Origin: Catajapyx aquilonaris
Lineage: Eukaryota
DNA: 64,000 nucleotides
Reading direction: 5' to 3'
Assembly (NCBI GenBank): GCA_000934665.2
Contig: JYFJ02000902.1
Span: 1 to 64,000, forward strand
Both the position numbers and the translations under genes were made by a program. Shown here one piece after another: positions 54,601 through 64,000 of this stretch; position 1 is the stretch's first letter; every line of letters starts with the position of its first letter. The notes beneath the pieces were generated by a model. That model ran no database searches, had not been told where the DNA came from, and worked only from the letters and a program-made list of their open reading frames with translations.

Positions 54601-55773
54601 CTCTCGCCAAGCAGGTGGTCCGGTGGGAGATGGATGGCATCCCCGCCTTCAATCAGCAGGAGTCTTCGGCAATATGCAGACTCGCATTTAAAAATTCTTG
54701 GAAGCTGGAGGGGACCACTTTTGGTATATATTCTTTAGTCAGTCCTTGTTTGGCATGACACAAGGTAAGTACATGTCAATTTTCATCGGGAACCATAGCA
54801 TAGTTAAAGTTATTGAGGAATGTTCGGGTTTCCATTAGGGAGAATCACCCTGAACAAACCCAGCACTGCCTTATCTGAATGCAACTCACAACTCAGAGCA
54901 ATAACTGAGCATGATAATAAGCCTAGCTGGCAGACACGCAGTTATCATAATTATGTCATTCACTTGTACATAAGGTAATGGGATCGCACAAATTATGACA
55001 TGCACAGCATGGAAACTTCACGTCTTGCCAGGCCTCTAACATACCGAAGTTACAGTGTCAGTGAGTTGTCCTGAGTGGGCAGCATTTAGATAAGTTGGTG
55101 GGTGGGATCTGCCTTTTAGCAGAACAGAGAGCACAATAGCTTGTTTGTCCTTATTTGCATCAACTACACAGGGTGCAACAAGTACACATTTGCAATTTTG
55201 CTCAATTGCACTATAGTGGAGGCCTGTAAAACCCAGAAAACTACAACATATCTGGATGGGTGACATTGGAAACTCTGGTACAGCCAATATGATAATGGCA
55301 TTTGGTGATATCCTCCAAGGTGTAATCATGCCAACCCAATAAGTGAGGGGGAGAATCCTGGCTATTGGCTTCCAGCACAGGAGGAGGATGAAAATCCCAC
55401 CTAAAATTCAGCAAGCAGAAGACCCATCTCCCCACCCCTACCCTCAATTCATAATAAATGATAAATAAATAGAACAGATTGAGGAACAACAACTCGGCCC
55501 ACCAACAAGTGTTCGAAACTTGAATTGCATGACTTCTTGAGGGCCTGTTCCATCTGTGTCCCACGGATAACATGAGATGAGTGCAGATTCCAGCTAGAAA
55601 TGCAGCTTGAAATGGAACATAAGATGAGTGCGGGAGAGGTCACTCACCCTGGTGGAATAGTGGAGGGCCTCGCAAAGGAGGGTCAGCTGCGTCCCGTGTG
55701 GGGTGGTTCTCCCTTGCTTCAGGTGGTTCAGGATGTCCCTGAGCTTTCTGGGTGCCATTTGACCCCGTTTCAT
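44925..55773 (-). CDS. SYCP2: SYCP2-like meiotic chromosome-axis protein (armadillo-like + PH/Spt16M-like N-terminus, long disordered region, C-terminal coiled coil), ~1515 aa
   Basis: Eleven phase-consistent GT-AG exons: 55773-55648, 55593-55503, 55223-55045, 54128-53719, 52869-52641, 52075-51758, 51248-50955, 50032-48556, 47655-47501, 47363-46634, 45463-44925. GDFEFQETALRFL...RWF...DCRIFLNHLNG...RTVHSL...YDLERP...WYMDINL matches remembered vertebrate SYCP2 GDYELQ...WF...DCRIFLNLVNG...RRVFTF...YELQIP...FWIDFNL. Confidence 0.8.
45546..45627 (+). repeat. (AAT)n microsatellite, about 27 units
   Basis: Directly visible perfect trinucleotide run in the last SYCP2-like intron. Confidence 0.97.
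47010..47152 (-). repeat. 36-bp coding minisatellite (about 4 x MLPASAATDPIP) in the SYCP2-like gene
   Basis: gcagaggctggcagcatgggtatgggatctgttgcc repeated in tandem. Confidence 0.9.
47811..48130 (+). mobile_element. tRNA-derived SINE (second family); 3' end approximate
   Basis: A box tggccgagatgg and B-box-like ggctcgatccc; the head is shared with 60886-60965. Confidence 0.65.
52381..52490. repeat. Near-perfect 50-bp-stem palindrome (MITE or hairpin RNA) in a SYCP2-like intron
   Basis: ggggtggaattttcgtcccactgatagccactgctaacttagcagtacca pairs with tggtactgataagttagcagtgactatcagtgagacgaaaattccacccc; 10-nt loop. Confidence 0.85.
54340..54852. mobile_element. Palindromic MITE with ~210-bp inverted arms and Tc1/mariner-like CAGGGTG termini
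   Basis: CAGGGTGATTCTCCC...GGGAGAATCACCCTG; the arms are highly complementary; the TA target duplication is not intact. Confidence 0.8.
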
Positions 55774-55968
55774 GGCCGGAGGAGTGGATGGAACAGGACC
55801 CAGCAGACCGAATAGACGGGAGCGCGGAAAAAAACACCTCTCCCTCAAACGGGTCCGGCGGCCATCTTGGTTGAAAATGGAACGTTCCACGTCACCAGCA
55901 CCAGCTCTGGCCAATCAGGTGGCCCGTTGCAAAGCACTTCCGCCCATCATAAAAATTATCCGATTAAA

Positions 55969-56012
<44 letters not shown>

Positions 56013-56982
56013 CAAACTTGGAATAATATTTTAGTGGAAAGTAGCCATGTTGAAATTTTCTGTGGGGTGACTTCTGTTCCATTATTCTGGTCACGTTATG
56101 AAAAAAATTAATTACAATTAATGGATGAACAGCATGTTGATAGCTTTTTAATTCAATCTGAACCCTCATTCTCACTTGCTCATTTTCTCAGCCTTTGTCA
56201 CAGATGACTCTTCATTCTTTCACAAAAACTTTGTTAAACTCGGTTTAAACAGTGTCGACAACCAAGTAATTGTAATTTTGTCAATGTGGGCAAAGAAAAA
56301 TTAATAAAGTTGTTGTCATGAGTTGTATAAAACGTGTTTACCAAGCTTTGAAGCAGAGGACAACCATGATTTTCGCCTTTGGACGTTTGTTCTTTCTGCT
56401 GTTCATGTGGGAAAAACTGCTCATATTTTTAAAATGCATGAAACTGATTTATTAGGCCTGCAAAGCACCAATTTCTTTTTGGCAGATGAATTTTGCAAAC
56501 ACCCTGTAGACGAGGTAGCAAAACTAGCACATTAGCATTGACAGACATCCTGTGGCAGATAGTAAGGACAAAAAGTTTACAAAATGCACAACATGGAACA
56601 ATGTGTACCGGTAAAAGTGAGACTTGGATGCTCCGACAAACCTGAGAAATGTTACTCTAGCAACAGCTTGGCTACTGGTTAAATCTCGTACCACGACAGA
56701 CAAGTCTCGGTGGAACAGGAGCCTGAGAGACCAAGAGATGTATCGCTTTCCACTTCTCTGTCGTACTGCTATCCAACCATCTTTATTCATACAGACATGT
56801 AGTTTTGTTGATTTAGCTTATAAATCTGCAGGTGTATTGCATATTTCTACAGCGCAGGACTGAAGCCTCATTGATGCCCTACTGTGTCTTCCAACACATT
56901 TTTTACTTTCCATAAATAATAATAAAAAAACAGTATGCAGTTTACAAAAAAATTACTTCTGTTGCAAAAGGAGGCTTCTCTG

Positions 56983-57115
56983 AGGGTATGTTTTTGATCC
57001 CTCTCCAGGAAGCTGGGGAAGGGTCGCTGAGGAGAGGTGGAAGCGCGGCGCCCGCTTCCACATCTCCTCAGCGCCCCTTCCCCAGCTTCCTGGAGAGGGA
57101 CCAAAAACACACCCT
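56983..57115. repeat. Near-perfect ~63-bp-stem GC-rich palindrome
   Basis: agggtatgtttttgatccctctccaggaagctggggaagggtcgctgaggagaggtggaagcg is mirrored by cgcttccacatctcctcagcgccccttccccagcttcctggagagggaccaaaaacacaccct. Confidence 0.85.
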
Positions 57116-57640
57116 GAGACCCAATTTGTGTTCACAGCAGTGTAATTCTTAAACCCATGCCAGGTAATGTTTGTTGCTTACAACATTTTTTTTGGTTACT
57201 TGGTTCATGGTTGTACTATCGGGTTCACATACTTTTGGCTACTTTATCCTGGTCTTGAAGCAACCCTTCACACACACACACCTCCTTAACGTCGGGTCTG
57301 TGCGAAGGGTTACTTCAAGACAAGGATAAAGTGGCCGAAAGTATTTGAACCCGACAGTACATGATTTGAAATGAGTGGCCTTGACCTTGTATGGTGTGCA
57401 GAAAATATTCAGGAAGCACACAAAACACTAAACTATATCACATAAAGTTTGAAGATTTTGACTGAACTATTTGCTATTTACCACAAAGTTTTCGACACAT
57501 GCAAGAAATTACAGGATAATCTTACGAGTATTTTACACTTGCCTGAAGTAACACCAAATTACTATTTACTTTTGTATGAAATCAATCCTATTATTGATTT
57601 GTTAGGGTGCAAATAGTATTAAGTCTGTAATTGACCTTAA

Positions 57641-57846
57641 CTCTGGAACCGTGACATGGGGTATTTTAGGACCCCATCCATTTTTTAATTTTTATTAATT
57701 TTTATCGAATACTTTTCAATGTATTACATTACTACTCAATACTTACTCAATACTTTTTAAAAATGGCAAAAGTTCATTGTAATGATCATTTTAATGCATT
57801 TTAATTCCTTTGGGGTCCTAAAAGACCCCACATCACGGTTCCAAGG
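57641..57846. mobile_element. piggyBac-type MITE
   Basis: TTAA at 57637-57640 and 57847-57850; ~36-bp TIRs ctctggaaccgtgacatggggtattttaggacccca / tggggtcctaaaagaccccacatcacggttccaagg. Confidence 0.8.
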
Positions 57847-57959
57847 TTAACTCATGTTTGTATAACCAGCAATGCAGAAAGCTTCGAATGCCCCTTGGCG
57901 CCATGAATATATCTAATTGCTTACATGAAGCACTTGAACAAGTATACTGAATTATTACA

Positions 57960-58320
57960 GGGATGCGGAGTGGTGCTGCAGTAACTTATGCACCCACAGA
58001 TGTAAGGGTCCCAGGTTCGATCCCAAAAAAGCCTAGGCATTCCCCCCGTCATCTTGTGCAGAGGTCGGGGCTATCTGTGGCTTCATCTCGCGTGGGATTT
58101 CTGTTAGACTAACCACCCGGGGGGAGTTCACAAAGTGACCACAGCAACGACATTACACTAGCACATTGCACATCCCCCTTCGTCACCCTGCCCGCTGACC
58201 CATGCGTTTCATTCAAAGGTTCGCTGCTCATGTACAAACTGTACACTAAGATCAATAACAGTCTGTGCGATAAACCCAATGGGGTGAAAGCACTACCCAC
58301 ACGATTATTATATTATTATT
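57960..58320 (+). mobile_element. tRNA-derived SINE (third family); related fragment at ~13780-13860
   Basis: B box ggttcgatccc at ~58014; core tggcttcatctcgcgtgggatttctgttagac...cacccggggggagttcaca is shared with ~13797-13850; (tta)n tail. Confidence 0.6.
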
Positions 58321-58895
58321 ATAACTGAATTATTAGAAGTTTAAAGCATTACTAATAATGCATAACAATAGTGATTGGATATCTGGTGATAGGCCTGCGG
58401 CTTCTCCGAGGATCTTGCACTCAAACCAACTTCATTCAGTCGTTGCACTGCTACATGGAGAATCCACCCACACTTAACATGAGGAAAACACTAGGCCCCA
58501 ACTTTGCCAATGCCAGCATCATTTGCGCTGGGAAAAAATCATGCACAAACTGGCAGCCTTAGTCATACTTTGACACGAGTACAAACTTTGTCCCCATTAC
58601 GATTCAAATAAAATGTTCTACAATTAACCTCCGATCTTCATCGGCACCAATTTGCACTGATATCTGCAAGCTTGGTGTGGAATCAACCGTAATGGTGGAA
58701 ATTAATTGTACGACCTGTATTTACTTTCGCACCCTTTGCTTCATGTTATCAAACATATTGGCGCATTTACTTTCTCTCGACATACTCAGGCAGATTATGG
58801 CCCTGATGGAGCACATATCCATGGACCGAATTTAAAAAAACGATGTTAAGAACAAGTCACTTTTTTATTGGACATTGTTGGCCCCCCTTTTCCAT

Positions 58896-59382
58896 CTAGT
58901 CAAAGAGTCCGAATCCCATGTCCTCATCCGACTCCTCCTCTGGCTCCGACTCCTTGGCCTTCTTCTCCTCAGCGGCCGGTGCAGCAGCCGCAGCTCCGCC
59001 GGCAGCGGCCACAGGGGCCACTCCCGCCGCCGGTGCAGCGGCTCCAACCCCCGACCCCACGTTGGTGATCAGGTCCTTCACGTTCACACCCTCCAGCGCC
59101 TTGGCAAACAACCCAGGCCAGTACGGCTCCACATCAACGCCCGCCGCCTTCAAGATCGTCTGGATCTTCTCTCCCTGCGCAACAACCACATTCCGTTAAA
59201 TTCATGCAGTACACGACTGGTGCCATGGTTAAGCAAATGCCATGTGGTAACCATGCCTTTATATCTGTATAGCCACATGAATGGGTTAATATGTACGACA
59301 ATGTACCGACCGTGACTGCGACGTCATCGTCGACGAGTATGAGCGACGAGTAGACGCATGCCAGCTCAGCCTTGGACACCAT
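58896..59382 (-). CDS. RPLP1: 60S acidic ribosomal protein P1 (116 aa, 2 exons)
   Basis: Exons 59382-59311 and 59174-58896. [27 protein letters not shown], Ala-rich hinge and [14 protein letters not shown]-terminus. Confidence 0.98.
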
Positions 59383-60689
59383 TCTTCTTCCCGCTTGGTC
59401 TGTTGGGTTCGGATGACACGAGGGATCCGGTGCAAGCCGCCGATTCTGGCCTTAGCTCCTTGGAAGAGGGCAAGCACCACGATCTCTTCTGGAGGGGACA
59501 CGCTGATGATGCTCGGAGCTCAGGATATGACGTCAGTCAATGAAGGGAGTTTACACAATGCAGTTGATGCCTGGCGGTATGCAAGGAGGACCAATCAGAA
59601 TGCGTGTTACATTCAAGCGAGCCAATTGGAAGCCTTGCTGCATAGCAGACAGAGTAGCACTCGGTAGCACTCTATTTAACTATAATTATATAACATGTAA
59701 TTATTGTCCACCAAGTATAATAAAGTTTAAAATAGTCGATATATTTGTTAACTTTAGACATTTTTATCACTTCTGGCCAGTCTGCATTCAAATTGTTAGG
59801 CGGCTTTTTTCACTTGCCTGTAGCCTGGGAGGGCTAACCCCGACTAACCCAGGGTAACCTGGGCTAACCCACACTTATGAAAACAGAGATTTCTGCTTTC
59901 AATATGGCTGCAATATGCACTACTAGCTACTAGACTACATACAGATTAATGAAATCTGCAAAAAAAAAGTAATATTAGCTCACCTGAAAATTATGAAAGA
60001 CCAAAATATCCAAAATTTTCTTCTGCCGTCTCCTTTGTGCTAATTTTGTACCTGGAAAACTATATTTTCTCACCGAGAGCCAAGAAATGGTGTGCTCTCT
60101 ACCTGTGGTGAGGTGAAAATGTGTCTGTTATGTCATGAGTCAATTATGGAAGCATGCCGGGACCGGCCTTTATTATAACCAAAAGTCTGTAGTTATAGCC
60201 GAGGCTGTTATATCCGGACTCAACTGTAATAAGTACAATCTGTTCACCCCAGAGCAGCGGGGTAACATTTCTCTAACAATATGGCGAGGTGTCAATAAGA
60301 ATTGACATTGCTAGCCGATGGAATCACGAACAAATGAAGTATTTGACGGAAACAAGTTGAGGTTTTGAACATAGATCCGCACCATCCTACTGCTCATTCG
60401 GCCCTTTGATGAAGAAACCAAATTCCGCATAGTTATTGAGCAAAAAAAATATAGCAATGTATTTCTTAGTGGTTTTTAATTTTTTGCAGCGGTTTGAAGA
60501 GGTATTGAGTTTAGCTATAAATGGTGGGACTGCACTTCACGACGGTGGGGATCTGTCTTCAAAATTTGGATGCTCTACCTTCAGCAGAACTTGAGTTAGG
60601 GGGAATAAAAAAGCGTAACAAGAACAACAACAAGAAGTTGAAAAAATTCATTGTTGAAAATGGTTGTACAGTCTTACTTAGGGGCTACC

Positions 60690-60965
60690 GCCCCACCGAA
60701 GCAGTGGTGGCGATATGGTATCCGACTGCTAATAGGGAGGTCCTGGGTTCGATCCCCGGGGCCGGCAACCCTAAAGTGTGGTTTTCTGTGGTTTCTCACG
60801 GTCCCTCCAGGTAAATGCCGGGGTTGTTTCCTAAAATAATAGGCCACAGCCACTTCCTTCCGTCCCTATCCTATCCCCAAAAGCGGGGGAGGTGTGGTGG
60901 CCGTGATGGTAACGTCACGGCTTGCTGAGTGAAAGGCCCCAGGTTCGATCCCCGCCTGGGGAACT
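60690..60965 (+). mobile_element. Two adjacent tRNA-derived SINE pieces
   Basis: 60690-60880 has B box ggttcgatccc and caggtaaatgccgggg...aggccacagccacttccttcc; 60886-60965 is a head of the 47811 family. Confidence 0.65.
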
Positions 60966-61149
60966 AGGCACAAATAATTAAGTCCGGATGTCCAATATAT
61001 TGGCCATTGGGTCGCAGGAGGATAAGACTCAGAACTCAAGGGTTGGTCATAATTACGTAGTACATAACAGATTTTATTTAACAATTGGCTCAACAGTTGC
61101 GCACAGTTTTACAAACAATATTCACACACGAACTTGTAACATTTTACTT

Positions 61150-61656
61150 CTAATGTTCCTTGTAGCCAAACCGGACACTGCTTGCTTTCTCGGTGCTATC
61201 CCTGGCTACGTACACTATTAAAAAGTACAATTCAGCGATTGCAACAATTAGTGCGCTTGCAATTCCCAGTAGCAGCCTTACCCCCATGTCCAGTACTTGA
61301 CCCCAGATCAGAGCAGACCCATGAAATCCAAAAACAAAGGCAGCGGCAAGGGAAATAACAAACTGAACCACTGCCACCACCTGCTTGTTCATTGCTTTTA
61401 ACTGTGACCCTATACTTTCAGTGCCGCATGTTCTCCTGCGATACTGGTCCCGTAAGTGTGCTAAGCGCGCCTGCCAATGCGGGTTTGGGGCAGAAGGCGG
61501 TGCAGGGGTCAGCGCTGCAGGCAGTGTTATGGAAGATCCCAGTAAGGAAGCATGAAGAGGCGCAGGCAATCCAGACTTGCGGATGTCTCGCAATCTGGCT
61601 GCAGTCAGGGCTTCTGGCAGTGATGGACAACAAGGATTGACAAGTACGGCGGACAT
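61150..61656 (-). CDS. TMEM199: TMEM199/Vma12 V-ATPase assembly factor (168 aa from ATG 61656)
   Basis: LHASLLGSSITLP...PNPHWQARLAHLR...IGSQLKAMNKQVVAVVQFVISLAAAFVF...RLLLGIASALIVAIAELYF parallels remembered human LHELLEGSEIYLP...RNPELVARLEKIK...LGKQV...FIVTVVAAFV...VVGLAELYV; two C-terminal hydrophobic segments; AATAAA at ~61073-61078. Confidence 0.9.
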   Translation of the reverse strand: MSAVLVNPCCPSLPEALTAARLRDIRKSGLPAPLHASLLGSSITLPAALTPAPPSAPNPHWQARLAHLRDQYRRRTCGTESIGSQLKAMNKQVVAVVQFVISLAAAFVFGFHGSALIWGQVLDMGVRLLLGIASALIVAIAELYFLIVYVARDSTEKASSVRFGYKEH

Positions 61657-62334
61657 TATTTCTGCATTTGGTCCTCCAGTTGCGAGTAGTACCTGAAAGT
61701 TACACATTAGTCTTTTATTCTCCAGACAAAGTGTCCAGCTTTACCCTCTGAGCTGCAGCTCTTTGTCTCTGAATGCGTTGTCGACCCGGACCGATTTCTC
61801 TCCAGTGTCATGCAGAAATTTGTCCCACTCTTGTTCCCTCTGCACCCGCCTCTCGCCGAGTATGGCTTCCGTGTCTATCCGTGCGGAAGCAGCAATCTTC
61901 TGGGCCATGGACGAAGCCACTTGCAGGCAGGTAGATAACGGAGGTAGGTGGGCCTCGCTCAATGACGACAGCCGGTCCAGAAGCTGCCCCTCGCGAAGTT
62001 CAGTCACCCGCTCGAGCACTGCGAACAACCGCTCAACTTCACGCTCACCCCGCTTTTCCTGCAACAACAACAACAATTTACAACAGTCAACAACCACTGC
62101 CAAATCTCTACCAAACACATGTAAAATTAAATTAATCCGGCTGAATACTTGCCGGCCATTTGTACCTCAAATTCCTTTAGGAAATATGTGATTTCTCCGC
62201 TGAGGAACGGTCTGTGGTCGAACAGACGCGAATGTATCTCGCCAATATCTGCAAAACGCCACAACATGAAGGCTACAAAACTGGAACAAAACCACACCAA
62301 AAAAATAATACCAACCCTTGAAAATGGCGGCCAT
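61656..62334 (-). CDS. BLOC1S5: BLOC-1 subunit 5 (Muted), 150 aa, 4 exons
   Basis: Exons 62334-62316, 62248-62166, 62058-61745, 61692-61656 give MAAIFKDIGEIHSRLFDHRPFLSGEITYFLKEFEEKRGERE...EWDKFL...VDNAF...LRGYYSQLEDQMQK*, matching the Muted signature KDLGEIHSRLLDHRP...FVKEFEEKRG. Confidence 0.93.
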
Positions 62335-63202
62335 CTTTGATTATTAAATTTTTTAATAACGCTCAGTAATTATTGATTGATCCAAATGAATGGACCGCAA
62401 CTGATGACTATTTGTATACAATTAATTTATCGTGTAAAGTTAAAATTATAGCAATTACAACGATTTGTCGTCCGATTTATGGAACAAAAAAACTGGTGGC
62501 GTCCTCTGCATTTATTATTTCACCCGCACGCCATCTGCATGTCGATGGATAAAAACTTGTTCCGTTCAGAACACTTGTTAGCATAAAAGCAGCTACTACT
62601 GATCGCCTCTGTAATACAGAACCTGCTAATCACGCTGCTAATCATGTTTGTGCGCCATCTGCTCATCACATGAAGACATGAATTAGAGCACATGAATTTC
62701 CGACATGTTTCTAGTCAACGTTCTCATGACAAATTCTGGCTTGTTATGCTGTAATAAGCACATAACTGCATGGATAAGTAGCGGCTACTGGCCTCATAGC
62801 AGTGTTTTTTTTGGCTCCCCCCCCACCAGTAGCAGCTGCGCTATTCGAACGCAGGCCACCCACCCTCCTCCGGACTCCTCCCATCGAAGCAGCCTCTTTT
62901 ATTTTAGTAGTAAATATCCGAACACACGGGAAAGAACGTAGCTGGGGCTGCCCCCCCAGTGTTCCAAACACTGCCCGTGGCCTGCCCCTGGGGCGGCCCG
63001 CCCCCTTCCCCACAGCAACTATGCGGGGGAACTGACCCGGCCTGTGACAGCCCCCCCCCTCCCCAACTACAAAAAGTGTTTTCGAACGAAGTGGATCAGG
63101 TGCGGATGATGGAGGGAGGGGCGGACCCGGGGCGGAACCCGGGGCGAACCACCGCCCTGTGAATTGTGTGCCAGATTCGTGAGAGTGAAGTGAGAGCCAA
63201 AT

Positions 63203-63328
63203 ATGCCGGGGCTAATCAGCGTGGCAGAGTTCCTGGAGGAGACCAGGGAGGACTACAACTCTCCGACCACCTCAACGTTTGTCTCCAAGATGCCGCAGTG
63301 CAGGCAGACCGTGGCTGCACTTGAGGAG
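63203..63328 (+). CDS. ASAP: First coding exon of ArfGAP with SH3, ankyrin repeat and PH domain (start of BAR domain); gene continues beyond the window
   Basis: MPGLISVAEFLEETREDYNSPTTSTFVSKMPQCRQTVAALEE followed by a gt donor; matches ASAP1/2 MPDQISVSEF.AET.EDY.SPTTS.F. Confidence 0.92.
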
Positions 63329-63746
63329 GTGCGTCATGCAACTCAAAACACTGTTGTCAATTACACGGTCGTACACGCCACGTTTCAAACTTATCCATTT
63401 ATTCATTATTAACTGTAATCATTTAACACAGCCACTATTGAAAGCTGTCGTTATCCCCCCCAATAAAAGGACAGGGGTCATTAGGGCACGAAATTGATTC
63501 AGCCGTTGCAACTGAAATCATGTCTTGCTGGGTGACATGAAATAAGCCATTTCCCAACTTCCCGCTTCCTCATTTCCCCCCCCGATAAGCTTATCTGTTG
63601 TGACAAAAATGTAGATGCTGCTGGGTGTGTTACGACACCCAACCTTTACGTTTCCGCATCAATTATTGACGATGACTGGATAAATACGCTGCATGTGTCG
63701 AACAAAAACAATGAATTTGATAGGTTTGGACAGGAGGAAAAAATTA

Positions 63747-63997
63747 CAGTAGAAAGCCAATTATCTGACTCGGACTTATCGACTTATCGGACCGTCTACA
63801 TTTTGTCATAAAATACTGTAATATTCTATACATTTGTTTGTTTTGCCTTAGTTAAATTGTAAATACAGTACAGTGGAGTGTGTTAACCATAAAATTGTCA
63901 TGTTTTTAGATGTTTTTGTTGGGTTTTATTAAAGTTTTCCTCAGATTATCTGACGATGCCCCAGTCCCATGGGTGACGGATAATCGGGGTTTTACTG
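63747..63997. mobile_element. Tc1/mariner (pogo/Tigger-type) MITE in ASAP intron 1
   Basis: TA at both ends; TIRs CAGTAGAAAGCCAATTATCTG vs CAGTAAAACCCCGATTATCCG (reverse complement of the right end). Confidence 0.75.
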
Positions 63998-64000
63998 TAT

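Noticed and set aside
61823..61827. UGGGA (calicivirus TURBS motif 1) upstream of the TAATG overlap
   Set aside because: It lies ~110 nt upstream in the spliced mRNA, further than typical, and encodes the conserved Trp-Asp of Muted, so protein constraint explains it.

Overview
Eukaryotic, gene-dense animal DNA with short GT-AG introns. It is most likely a non-insect arthropod, judged from the EF-1alpha and RPLP1 sequences; the taxon cannot be fixed from the sequence alone. From left to right: about 10 kb of repeat-rich DNA including a piggyBac-like element built from ~134-bp tandem repeats; a PR/SET-domain C2H2 zinc-finger gene (+) flanked by a ~620-bp inverted duplication; EF-1alpha (-, two candidate first exons) head-to-head with mRpS14 (+); a MULE-derived ZSWIM3-like gene (+); a BC-box/LRR gene (+); three tandem doublecortin (DCX)-domain genes (-), one carrying ~25 copies of a beta-hairpin-like repeat I do not recognise; an 11-exon, ~1515-aa SYCP2-like meiotic axis gene (-); RPLP1 (-); a BLOC1S5(Muted)-TMEM199(Vma12) pair (-); and the first exon of ASAP (+). 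Many tRNA-derived SINEs and palindromic MITEs are interspersed. The most striking feature is the BLOC1S5/TMEM199 locus: after splicing, the Muted stop codon and the TMEM199 start codon overlap as TAATG inside one exon that is open in both frames, implying a bicistronic or dual-coding transcript that couples two endolysosomal factors. All gene models were spliced by eye and homology calls come from remembered protein motifs; no database search was run.
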